A stretch of 64,000 bases of DNA from assembly GCA_000165425.1 (NCBI GenBank), contig CT868219.1, positions 190,728 through 254,727 of the forward strand. Direction: 5' to 3'. The translations under genes were made by a program, and so were the position numbers. Shown here piece after piece: positions 28,184 to 40,870 of the stretch. The stretch is from Paramecium tetraurelia (Eukaryota). How positions within the stretch are numbered: position 1 is the first letter of the stretch; every line of letters begins with the position of its first letter. The notes below the pieces were generated by a model. That model had not been told where the DNA came from. It made no database searches and was given only the letters and a program-made list of their open reading frames with translations.

Positions 28184-29602
28184 ATGATTATTGGAGAGAG
28201 TGATCTTTATCAATTGATACAATCAATAAACAAGAGATCGATGTTTAAAACAAAGTTTGATCTTGAGTTTATTGATGTATGCCTTAAGGATGTGCCATTT
28301 TTTCATGATTTACGAAAATAAGTAGGAGAAACACAATATTAATAAATATTGAGAGAACTTTAATATGAATGCCATGTACCATACGAACCTTAGGTTAATA
28401 TAGGAGATATGAGCACAAAGTTTTACTTTATTTTGAGTGGGAAATTTTTGGTGTTGACTAGAAGTTATATAACTTATCAGGATATTATAATGAATTCAGA
28501 ACTGTAAGGGATGCATATAACTATATGGTAGGTAAAAGGTGCTGACTCAGAGATTCTCGGATTTGACTCCTTAAGGTTACCTGTACCCAGGGTAGCATTT
28601 TGGAGAATAAGTGATGATGTTCGATCAATCTCACACTCAAACAATACTGCCTCTGGAGAAGTCTCATCTGATAGTGATAAAGAGGGATGTTTATAGAAGA
28701 ATTAAAGGTAATTGGTAGTATAGATTGTAGATATCTAATCTCGAAAGTAAGATGCAGAGAAATTTGCATTGTTATCAACAGTTCCTATGTTTAGCAAATG
28801 GTCAGCTAAGACATTGAGACAATTGCTATGCGATATCAGTGAAATAAACTTCATCCCAAATTAATTGATATATCAATAGGGGGATCCAGTTGATGCAGTC
28901 TATATCATTGTGGATGGAGAAGTGCAGTTGTTCAGATAGTACAATAAGAATATTCATCCGATCTCTATTCTAGGCTGCAAGGAGTGTTTTGGGGATGATG
29001 AAATCCTAAGCTAATTTAGAAGTCATAGTGCTAAATCTATAAACTGTGTTCGACTCTATAAAATATTTAGAAATAAATTTTTAGATCACATTCCTATTCA
29101 TTGCGAAGGGAACAATCTTTCAAATCACCAAAGCTTTGCAACCTAATCATCAGTTTTAAATCGTCCATTTCTCTCCAACAACCAAACACAAAACAAATTC
29201 TCTCTGTATTAAGCTCAAAATGAAGAATTACGAGTCTATAGATCTGAATCATTGAAATAATTCAATTCGCCTGCAAAAGTCTGGTAAAAGGTAATGAATA
29301 AGAAAAAAGAAAAGAGCAGAACGCATTAAACTATTTCATCTACTCAGTAGGTTCATGATTTGCTAAGGAGGAATTATAGACATTCGGACGAGTCATTATA
29401 AGTGCAGAAAGTGTATAATAGTCAATCTCCTAAAGTCAAATTTGCCAACACTCCTACTCACATAGATGAGATTGTAAATGAGGGCAAATACAGAATACAT
29501 GCGAATGGCAAATTTGATAAAACCAATTATCTCATGGGCTAAATAAAATTGAGATCGATTACGCAATCAGTTTGGAAAAAATAACTTGATAAAATTAAAT
29601 GA
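28184..29602 (+). CDS. Protein with two cyclic-nucleotide-binding domains
   Basis: GDMSTKFYFILSGK...PGQHFGE; VPMFSKWS...IYQQGDPVDAVYIIVDGEV...ECFGDDE; two short introns. Confidence 0.8.
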
Positions 29603-29625
29603 ACTTAATTATTAATAATCTATTT

Positions 29626-30162
29626 ATGAATGATAATAGTGTCTCCTCTAACTCCAATAACTTAAATTTCAGAATAAACATCACAAAACTCCTCCAAGGC
29701 AAGTTCTTTAGTCAATCTCCCATTGCATACAGAAGAAATTATATGTTTGGAGATGATGAGAAAAATCATCGTAAGTTAAAACCTTTGATTGTTTACGACG
29801 ATATCACAGATAGATAACAGTCAATGACTAGTTCATCATCGAGCTCGTCTTACTTAAAAAAGGTCAATTAGAAATTAACTCAATCAACTGAAGCTGACAA
29901 TCAAATTGATAATACTAATACTACTTCTTTTTATACAATAATAAGCAAATACTATGACTATTACAATAACCAACCAACTCAAAGAGAGAAACCACAAATC
30001 CCTTAAAACCCTGTTAAAAAAATTGAGAGACTCTATACAGAATAAAATGAATAAATCAATAACCAATAAGTCAGGCGAAAAAGCACAAGGAAGCTTGAAG
30101 AGCAGAAATTAAAAAATAAGAAACCTAATCCTTCTTATAATAAAAATAAGTAACTTTTTTGA
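29626..30162 (+). CDS. Hypothetical low-complexity protein (~178 aa)
   Basis: Continuous ciliate-code ORF MNDNSVSSNSNNLNFRINITKLLQGKFF...KNKQLF-TGA. Confidence 0.55.
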
Positions 30163-30198
30163 ATTGATTATTATTAATTAATATGTGTAAATATAAAT

Positions 30199-31243
30199 TC
30201 AAATTAAACTAGTCACCAATGCTGCATAACTCACAGAGGAATCATTTGGTTTTGTCACTTGACTCGATTGAGCATACCTGGCTAATTATGTTTTTAATTG
30301 CAATTTGCTTAGGTTAATTATCTAAACTTCAAAACAAGTTTACATTTAGTAAAACACAAATCGGATGTCTACCACAAATGGTATTCTCTGTTTCATCAAG
30401 ATACTTATAAAATTCTTTAATATTATGAGACTCAATCAATTTGATGGCTTATCCATCTAATTATGCTATAGATTAATGAATTTCTCCATGTTCTTTATTA
30501 TAAGGAGTGTATTGAAATCTAAATTGATTACATAAATATAATATATCTACCTCTTTCCCCAATGACAGAAATCAGATGATATGACAAACACCGTGTTCGG
30601 ATCAACGAAGTATTTGACAAGTACACTTGCCACTTAAGCATCTTGTTCCTCGCTAGTTGCACCAACCATAATGGGGATAAGTTTGCATTTTGGAAATATC
30701 TTGTAAATGAAAGGCAGATGCATCTCTAAACTGTGCTCCTGTTCCTCAATGTCCTTATTGGTAAACACATAGTTTTTTTTCAATTCTGCACTTAATTGCT
30801 TTATTGCTTAAATCTCATCAAATGCAATTACTTGGTTAATCTAACTCAATGTTGCCAAGTGGAGTCTCGTACTGTTCTAACTCAGATAACCCAATTCCTT
30901 TGATGTAAGTATGATGGCAAGGTCCAAGTAGAAAGACTCTCATTCTAGAATAATTTAAATAGGGAAGTCTATTACCTTTCTTTTTAAACTAAGTGCTAAT
31001 ATGCAAAGGCAGCTGTTGGACCTGAATATGAAAACCCAGCGTGTCTATATGGTTTAATAAATTAGTTACGGCCCGATGATGGCTTTTATGTTTGGGATGG
31101 TTTCTCCTTTGGCTTTTGATAAGAAGTCGTTCAATTGGGCATCCAATTGCTTGCCTTGAATGGATAGTCATAATCTTACCGTCTCCAATGTACCAACTCC
31201 CTGCATGGGAGGCTTCTCTTATTTTAGAGGAGGGTTCGAACAT
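30199..31243 (-). CDS. MEMO1: MEMO1 family protein
   Basis: IREASHAGSWY, PHAGFSYSGP, FLLGPCHH, EQEHSLEMHLPF, ISSDFCHWG, NTICGRHPI, SSVSYAA; several short introns. Confidence 0.92.
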
Positions 31244-31425
31244 GAAATTACAATATTTATTTGATAAATGATTGCGTAATTTTGCATTTAACTTCGAAAC
31301 ACGGAAGGAGACACACACAGTTATAGAAAGAAAGGCGCCTCTTGTTTTAAGAAAATGCGAAACGATCATTGGCTACTTGTTTAATTAATTTGTGGAATAC
31401 AAAATAAAGATATTAATTATTAATA
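31244..31425. promoter_or_regulatory. Putative bidirectional promoter between MEMO1 and V-ATPase subunit a
   Basis: 182-nt head-to-head spacer, locally GC-richer than other spacers, contains ATTGGCT (reverse CCAAT) at ~31368. Confidence 0.4.
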
Positions 31426-34195
31426 ATGAACTTCTTTAGGTCCCAAACAATGGGCTATTACAAATTGATTATCCCAAGAGAGAGTGCTTGGAATGTCATG
31501 AATGAATTGGCAGAGTTAGATTGCATTCATTTTGTTGATTATGATCCAACATTGCCTATGATCAATAGGCCATTTGCGAATTACATCAAGAGATGCGATG
31601 ACTTGCTAGTTAAATTATCCCTCATCGAGCATGAAATGAAGAAATATCAAAAGAGGATTACTTACTGCAAGGATGTCAATTTTTTAATCAAAAACTTCAA
31701 GTAATTGATCAAAGAAAGGTATTCAATCCTTTGAATTCTCAAGGTCCAAAGCCAGTCACACCTATTTGGATGAGATTGAAAATGACATTGACAAGAAACA
31801 TCAGCAACTCATTGAATAAAGTACTAATATGGAAAATCTTCACGAACGCAGAAATAAACTAATTGAACACAAATCAGTCCTGTTAAAGGGAGAAGCACTC
31901 TTAGGACAATCATTTTTCTAACCGTATGAAATTTCTATATCTTAGTGCTAATTATGTAGCCGAAGGATTTGTCAATTTGTAAGGAAAAGAATTAGATGAC
32001 ATCAAAATCTTATAAGGATCTGTTAAATTTAATTATTTGGTCGGAGTCATCAATAAGGAAGACCAAATACGATTCAAGAGAATCATATTTCGTATTACCA
32101 AAGGAAATGCTTGGATGAATACCATGGATATTGAAAGTGATTAAATCGTTGACACCAAAAATGTAAAAATTAATCATAATAAAATAAAGGATGACGCAAA
32201 AATTATTAAAAGTGTTTTCGTAGTAGTCTATCCAGGTGGAGGAGGTTCCAATGTTATCACAAACAAACTCAATAAAATCTGTGAATCCTTTTAGGTTGCT
32301 AAATACACATTCCCAGAAAATAACATGGTTTTCCAAGAGAAATTAAGATAAATTGAAACAGAATTAGTTGAAACTAGAAATGTACATATTCTCATATTAC
32401 ATTTTATAGTTATTAGAAATGACAAAGAATCAAGTTGAAGCCTACCTTGATGATTTCTAAAGAATTTATTAAAACTCCAATTGTTCATAAATAGAAGAAT
32501 TAAAATTGTTTTTGGTTAAGGAAAAATATCTTTATACTCAATTGAATTATTTGAGGGTACAAGGAAGTGTACTCTATGGATCAATTTGGTTACCTCAAGG
32601 AGCAGATATCAAAGTTGATTAGGCATTAAGAGAAGTGCAAACCAATTTATGAGGGTTTGCCAACAGGACAATTACAAATATCACCACCTGAAGGTACAAG
32701 GCCACCTCCAACATTTTTTGAGACTAATGAAGTTACTTGGGGATTCTAAGAAATAGTTAATACTTATGGTATGCCAAGATATAAGGAAATCAACCCAGGA
32801 TTATTCACAGTCATGACTTTCCCATTCTTGTTTGGTGTTATGTTTGCTGATATTGGACATGGGTATACTTTAATATCATATCATTTAGATTTTGTCTATT
32901 ATTATTAGGAATATATCTATGTGTCTATAATAAAGAAATCAAGGAGTCAGATTCTTTAATGAAGCATGCTCTAATTGTCAGACATATGGTTATTAATGAT
33001 GGGATTCTGGGCATTTTACAATGGATGGATCTATAACGATTTCATGTCTGTTCCAATCAACTTATTTGGATCATGTTATGAACCAGGTACAGTTGATGAT
33101 CCAATCCACAAAGATGAATAAGTATGGGTTTAAAAAGATTAATCCTGTGTATATCCATTTGGTATAGATCCAGTCTGGATGTGTGTACCTAATGAATTAA
33201 CATTCATGAATTCATACAAGATGAAATTGGCAGTTATTATTGGTGTCATTCAGATGTCATTCGGTATTATTTTGAAAGGAATCAATGCAATATACTTCAA
33301 GAATTGGATAGACTTTATTTTTGAATTCATTCCTCAATTAACATTCTTCATTTGCAGTTTTGGTTGGATGGACTTCTTAATTATTTATAAATGGTTTGTG
33401 AACTGGACAGGAAAAACTGATTAAGCCCCAAGTATTATTACTTTGATGATTAATATGATTCTTGCACCTGGTAAACCAGTTGATCCACCCTTATGGGGAG
33501 ATGGTTAATCAGAAGCATCAACTTAAACTGCATTGTTATTGATTGCACTATTTTGCATTCCAATTATCCTACTTCCAAAACCACTCATAATTAATTCTCA
33601 AAATAAAAAACATCATGCTCAAAGTGCAAGCAATCTAACAGAAAGTATGAACAAGGATCTTTACTAAAAAATCAATGAAGTAATATTTGATATAATACCA
33701 TATTATAGGATTCTGAAGGCACTCAGGAGATTTCAGAAGTTCATACTGAATAATCTGGTGGTGGTGGACATCACGAAGAATTTGGTGATATTTTTGTACA
33801 TCAAGTAATTGAAACTATTGAGTTTGTGTTGGGATCTATTTCAAATACAGCATCTTATTTAAGACTGTGGGCTTTATCTTTGGCTCACGGATAATTAGCA
33901 GAAGTGTTCTTCTAAATGTGTTTGAATGGAGGTATAAGCAGTGGAGGTTTTGTTGGTGCAATAAGGGTATTTTATTCCATCTATTTATTTATAGCTCTTA
34001 ATTGGTTATTCCATTTTCTCTATGGCTACTTTCGGAGTTTTGATGATGATGGATGTGATGGAATGTTTTCTTCATGCCTTGCGTCTTCATTGGGTTGAAT
34101 TTCAGAGCAAATTCTTTAAAGCCGATGGATATGCATTTGAAAAATGTTCATATGCTAAAGTAATGTAAGACAATGCAGTTCCAAAGGAGGAATGA
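31426..34195 (+). CDS. V-type ATPase V0 subunit a; two apparent +1 frame breaks
   Basis: [82 protein letters not shown] (essential Arg), [15 protein letters not shown]; frame breaks at ~32647 and ~32988. Confidence 0.95.
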
Positions 34196-34343
34196 TATAA
34201 TTATTTACATATATCATACAACAGTATTATATTATAATTTGTAATCATTACTTCATTTCTTTGTAAACTTAGGAATTTAAGAATCAGCAGATTTAAAATG
34301 ATGATGTTTGATATAACCATATATTATATTATGCATTAAATGC

Positions 34344-35633
34344 TCATTTTCCAAGGTGACTGAAGGGAATTATAATTTTTTTCCATCCTGGGTGGTTTTT
34401 AGCTAGCTTTCTTGAAATCATTTCTGCCAACCAGATAATGTTTCTAATTTCTTATTCTTTAAGTTTCAAATAAGAATAGAAGACCTAATATGAATAGTAT
34501 AGATTACTCCATATGAGCCTTATCCGTCAAATGCAAGAGCATATCTTCTGCATTCATCATCATACATAATATCATCAAGAGTTCTATAAATTAGTAGATT
34601 TGAGCAATTACTTTGTTTACACATTGAATTCTTCTCTCTTTAAAGGATCTGGGGCATCTTTGAGTAAATCCCTATAATTGTCACAACCTTTGACAGCCTC
34701 TCTAAGTGCATCCAAAGTCATGGCTTATAAATACAACTTTTCGCAATCGGGATATAAGTTTCCAATTGTTGGACACAATTGTTTTCTTGTTGTGATAATT
34801 TTAGCTGCTGTATTAAGATCTCTGTTTCCAATTGAATTGTAAATAACTTAGACTGTTTTAAAGTCAGCCTCAAATTTTAATAATTCCAAGAGTGCTTCCT
34901 AAGATGTTGGCATTAACTAACTAAATTGTATGCTGTACTTCTTATTCGCAAAACAAATAGAAATCTTCCAACCACATCTTCTTAAGTGATGTTCTGATGT
35001 ACTCTGGTTTCATTTCTCTGAATAAGTTTTGAATGTCATTCAAAGTTCTGTTTTTCATGTAAATTCTCAATGGACTCTTCCAAGAATTTCATAAAATAGA
35101 CGCCAATAGGTGTATCGATAAGGACATCTCTATATAAACTGCTATAATCATCTCCTTCAAGGACTTTGATATTTTTGATTTCAGGGAACCAACCTAGTGG
35201 ATCAATATTACTCAAAAGTATTTCAATATCAATTTTATTCTTCAATCCCTCTATCATGTTGACTACATTGTCAATCATAAAACGACATCTTTCATAATTA
35301 ATCAATCAATCATACCTCAAATGAAATAAGTATTTTGTAAGTGTTCCAGTGGATTGAGCCTCGATGTACTCAAATTCATCAGCCAATTTCTTTTTGAGTC
35401 TCTATCTCAGAATTGATGTAGGTATTTGAGGATTGTCAGCTTATAAGCAATTCTATATTAATAATTGTCATATTTACTTAATAATCTGTTTCTTCCAAGA
35501 AAGACTTTAATTCTGGAATTGAGGCACAATTCTTCATCTATTAGTATTGAGCTTCAGTCAAGAAACTTGCTCTCAACCCTCTGATTATGGCTTCAGCATA
35601 ACCATCATCAACCCCAAAAACACAAAGATCCAT
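34344..35633 (-). CDS. V-type ATPase V0 subunit d; one apparent +1 frame break
   Basis: FGVDDGYAEAIIRGLRASFL, LEETDY, FMIDNVV, DPLGWF, VLIDTP, LKFEADF, FYSYLKLKEQEIRNIIWLAEMI; frame break at ~35053. Confidence 0.93.
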
Positions 35634-36753
35634 AAAATTTAATTTATTAAATTTCTATACACTCCATAAGTTCAAATATGCATGTGGATAATCCACCCTA
35701 TATTCCAATCAATATTAAATAATATAGGAAGGTAAGAAACAAGAACGATGTCATCATAATATATTTCAATAACTTAATCATTTACAACATTATTCATCAA
35801 TGCGAATATCACCCATAGTCAACTGATCCAAGGAATTAGAGTTTTATTTTGCACTGAATCTGAAGGATAAATTTGTTTTGCATTTCATTATGCAACTAAC
35901 TATGATGGCTTAAACCAATATATCTACGTGTTGATTTATTTTTAGAATTCTACTAATAGAAAACCAGCCTATTTTGACTCCCAATTCTAAACTTAAATGG
36001 ATTTCATAATAAAGAACTTGCCAAATAAGATAGAAAAATAATTTTAAATTCTTTGCAATCTATTATTTATTACTCATAAATTTTTCAATCATAACAATTT
36101 AGAAGAAAATGTAAGAAATAATCTATCTTTGATATTAAATATAGGTAAAATTTGAATTTGTTTTCTTATTCAAGAGAATAAAGTGGGAATCTCAATAATG
36201 TAATTTAATAAATCAATTGGTTTATTCATAATATATTCTTATTTCTTTATATTTTATCCGTATTATTTAGATCTACTATGTTAAGCCAATTCATTTTAAA
36301 AGAAAGAATAAATATGAACTAATATTTTGATTCTTACAGATTAGGGTTCAAAAATTCTATTATTTTGGATATTAATATTTATTATGTTTATTTACATTAT
36401 TCTTAATAATATTATCATATAGTCAAACCTCATTTAGAATGAAATAATAAGATGATATTCCTATAAACAATAAATACAAGTGGAATGTTCAGAGAATCCT
36501 TAAGACAAATTGTAATGAACAAATCTCTATTTGGAATTATAGAAATATTTGTATCCAATTTAGTTCTTTTTGATTGATTTAATTGAATTAAAAGTTTTAG
36601 TAAAAATCAACACTATTTATTGTATTTATATAATATAGTACGTTAATGGTTAGTCGTCATGACAATAAATTTTGCATCATTAATTAAAGCTTTAAATACA
36701 AGTATAATTTCTCTAAAATTTATTAATTTAATTTTAAGAACACAGATTATTCA

Positions 36754-37347
36754 ATGGGATCAATATTTTTTAAAAAAGGAGTAGATAAACTTCAACCACC
36801 AACAAAATCATTCTTCGATTTTGAACTCAATAATATTGATGGATAGAAAACTTAACTATCTTAATTCAAAGGCAAAAAAGCTTACATTTGTGTGAATGTT
36901 GCTTGTTCTTGTGGATTAACATCTTCAAACTACAGCGAACTTGTGGAACTTTATAAAACCTATAGGTATCAATCAATATTATGTTAGTGCTCAAGGTTTA
37001 GAAATCTTAGGATTTCCATGTAATCAATTTATGGGTTAGGAATCCAAACCTGAACCTGAAATCAAAGAGTTTGTTCTCTCTAAGTATGGTGTATCCTTCC
37101 CATTGTTTTAGTAATGATTTAAAAATATTAAAGAAAAATTGAGGTTAATGGATAAAACACTCATGAAATTTATAGATATTTGAGATTGAACAGTTCCTTA
37201 AAAACTAGTGCCAATGAAGCAAAAGAAGTACCATGGAATTTTGGAAAATTCTTATTGAATTCATAGGGTCAAGTCGTGAGATTTTTTAATCCAGATTAGA
37301 AACCAAAAGAAATGAAGCAAGATATCGAAAAATTGTTGAGTCAATGA
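36754..37347 (+). CDS. Glutathione peroxidase family protein (Cys-type)
   Basis: [30 protein letters not shown]; two short introns; N-terminal MG. Confidence 0.93.
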
Positions 37348-37704
37348 TTGTATTCGTTACAATAATATATAAATGTATGAATAATAAGTATCTTAAATCT
37401 TAATTGTCACAATGTTTAAATAATATTATCAATATATTCTTAAAGATTCTAAACTTATATAATAATGATCAATATATAATATAGAAAACCATAACAACTA
37501 ATTACACTTATAGATATTAAGATAATAACCATAAAAAATAATATGTTTTTACTTCTGCGAATATTCTGATAAAAAGAGAATTAATAATACAGATAATCTC
37601 TACATTTAATTGATTAAACCTATTAAAATTTATTAATTTTACTTGTTATTGGAATGAGTTTTAATAAAATGAGTTGACATGAAAACTTCTTGAGTATTTG
37701 GATT

Positions 37705-38544
37705 ATGAGGTTTATTCTTGAGTACTTGAGTTTTTTGACTAAATTAATCTTATTTAGAAAAAAGCTAGGAATTTAATTTATATTCATCTTATTTCTTATG
37801 AATTTCATTAAATTCTGGGTTTGGAGCCCGTTGTATGTAATGATTTTGCTCATTACTTACTTTGATATAATGTTAATTTATGTAAATTCGACATATTAAT
37901 ATAGATTTTTAGAGATCCAGATACGACAGAAAAGGTATGGTTGATTGTGCATCATTTATTAATGTTGGTTGTCATTTACTTAATTTTTAAAACAAGCACT
38001 ACTAAGCCAGGAACACCTACTTATTTCTATACCGAGGATGACCCTTTGGTTGATTTGCGGCCAATTTGTAAACATTGTTTCTTAAAGAAACCACTGCGAT
38101 GTCATCATTGCGATAGTTGTGGTAAATGTATTTTAAGAATGGATCATCATGAGTATTGGTTAAATAATTGTATAGGGCAGAACAATTACAAATATTTTTT
38201 TTGCTTGATCTTTTATATGAGTAATTTAATATGATTATTTGGAGCTGTAACTTTGGAGTTTTACATATGCATCTATTTAATTAAAATTATTGAATCTCCT
38301 CCGAATGGGGCAATTGATACTTACTTTATAATATTCACAGTTCCTTTGAGCATCTCATTAAATCTACTACTAATCCCAACCTTAGCAATTCATATTCGGT
38401 ATGCTTGTATTTAAATAAAGATTAATATTATATAATCAAACATCGGTTGAGTTCTTTGAAAAGAAGCAAGAACACCACGATAAAGGAGTAATAGCTAATT
38501 GCAAGGAGTTGTTGGGACCAGGATGTTGGCTAATTCCTATTTGA
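37705..38544 (+). CDS. DHHC-family palmitoyltransferase-like membrane protein with a DHHE variant motif
   Basis: CKHCFLKKPLRCHHCDSCGKCILRMDHHEYWLNNCIGQNNYKYF; four hydrophobic segments; NQTSVE; three short introns; start codon uncertain. Confidence 0.85.
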
Positions 38545-38611
38545 ATATTATTTTAATTGCAATTTAAATGAATAAACTAAAAATCAAATCATCAATAATT
38601 AATTAAAGTGA

Positions 38612-39163
38612 ATGAAAAAGCTAGCTGAGTTGACTAATAAGGAAATAATCAATTTGCTGTCAAGACAAGCACATGTAGAGTTGTAATCGAGCTTCTTGTA
38701 TTTGTAATATGCCTATTGGTTTGACAATAACAATTTTGAAGGAATTGGCAAATTTTTCAAAGCGGAAAGTGAAGAAGAGAGAAAACACAGCGTTTAGATA
38801 TTTGATTACTTGAATGTAAGAGGTGTTCAAGTGGCAATCGATCCATAATAAGCAGCTTTCTCAAATCTGAAGACTCATTTTGAAAAACCCGGAGAATATT
38901 TTGAAGCCTACTTAGCAAGAGAGCATTTGAATTATTCTTTGCTTGATTAGATTGGAAAATAGGCATAATAGACCGAAGAGATATTGACACACAAATTCAT
39001 AGGTTCAATGTTGGAGGATCAAGCATCTTCAGTTGATGAGGCAGAGAAGTTATATGCCAAGGCCCAAGCTTATTCTGCTTTTCCTGGATTATTTTACCAT
39101 TTAGATGCATAAATCGAGAAGGGAAGCCAATCATTCGATACATGGAGAGCAAAGCAATCATGA
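38612..39163 (+). CDS. Ferritin (non-heme, prokaryote-like), intronless, 183 aa
   Basis: QAHVELQSSFLYLQYAYWFDNNNFEGIGKFFKAESEEERKHSVQIFDYLNVRG; four-helix ferroxidase pattern E..Y..ExxH..E..Q. Confidence 0.9.
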
Positions 39164-39406
39164 TTCTGAATATGATATTGGTTTATTAGAATTAATTGAT
39201 TCTTAATTTCTGAATGCAAAAAATCATTTTAAAACTTTTTGTGAATATTTGCAATTTTATTTTGTTTGTTATTATTAAACAATAATTGGGTTATTATAGT
39301 ATACTATTAATGTATATTATGTGATTAAAATAAAAAAGATCCGTAATATATATAAATATGACACACTTTTTATAAGAATTAATTAAAATAGTCAACGATA
39401 TTCAAC

Positions 39407-40699
39407 ATGCAGTGTTTTAGAGCTTTGAGATACTTTTCTGTATGGTCTTAAGTGCCCATGGGACCAGCCGATCCTATTTTGGGAGTGGCTGCCCAATTCA
39501 AGGCTGATCCAAGCACTACAAAAGTAAATCTAAGTATTGGAGCCTATCGTGATAATGATGGAAAGCCAGTTGTACTCGATTCAGTGAAGAGAGTATCTAA
39601 CTTATTTATAGCAAGGCTGAACAAATAATAAAGGAAAAGAAATTGGACAATGAATATCTTCCAGTTGAAGGACTCCAATCATTTATTGATGCTTCTATTA
39701 AATTAGGTTATGGAGATGCTTACTATGCCTAAAACGGAAAAAGTATTGCAGGATGCTAAGTATTGAGTGGAACAGGTGCAGTTAGACTTGGATTCGAATT
39801 CGCTAAGAAATTCTTGCCTTAAGGAACAAAAGTGTATATGCCAAATCCAACATGGCCAAACCATCATAACATTGCTAAAATGGCAGGATTAGAAATTTTA
39901 GAGTATCGTTATTTTGATCCAAAAACACGTGGAGTTGATTTCTCTGGATTGGTAGAAGATTTGAATAAGGCTCAAAATGGATCAGTCATCTTGTTCCATG
40001 CTTGTGCTCACAATCCAACTGGTTGTGATTTGACTACAGCCTAATGGACATAATTATTAGATTTGACAAAAAAGAAGAACTTCCTTCCATTCTTTGATAT
40101 GGCTTATCAAGGTTTCACAAGTGGAGACGTAAATAAAGATGCCGAAGCAGTCAGATTATTTACAGCCCAAGGTGTTCCTATAGTTTTAGGATAATCCTTT
40201 GCCAAAAACATGGGATTGTATGGTTAAAGAACAGGATGCCTTAGTTTTGTATGTGCTAATCAATAGGAAAGAGAGAAGGTGGTCTCATAATTGAAATTGT
40301 TAGCCAGACCATTATGGTCAAGTCCTCCTCTCCATGGAGCTAGAGTGGCTGACATCATTCTCAACACTCCAGAACTCAACTAATTGTGGTTATAGGAAGT
40401 TAAAATGATGGCCAATAGAATTCAATTGATGAGAGTTAGTTTGGCCAACAATTTGAAGAATCTAGGTTCTCCTCATGATTGGTCTCACATTTCCAAATAA
40501 ATTGGTATGTTTGCCTTCACTGTAATATATTAAGTAATATTTTCAGGGTGTCGGTCCAGATCACGTTAAAGAATTGATCGCCAAATATCATATCTATTTA
40601 TTGAGCAGTGGAAGAATTTCAATTGCAGGATTGAATGAAGGAAATGTTAAGTATGTTGCTGAAGCATTCCATGATGTGACCAAGAATACAAAATTGTGA
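39407..40699 (+). CDS. Aspartate aminotransferase, probably mitochondrial
   Basis: [62 protein letters not shown] (PLP lysine); short basic presequence [11 protein letters not shown]. Confidence 0.95.
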
Positions 40700-40870
40700 A
40701 GTATTATTCAATTATTAATATAACATTATTATTGGTATGATTTAGCCATATTTCATGTTTATCCTTCGTTCTTCTGTGTATTTCAATTGAAATTAACCAT
40801 AAGAAGATATTTTAAACAATCTAAAATTTTAGATTACTGATTAATGCCATTATAATATTGATAATTAATA

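Noticed and set aside
35678..36110. Possible gene divergent from V0-d
   Set aside because: Coding-like, but every frame I tried is interrupted by TGA with no consistent intron solution; treated as a relic
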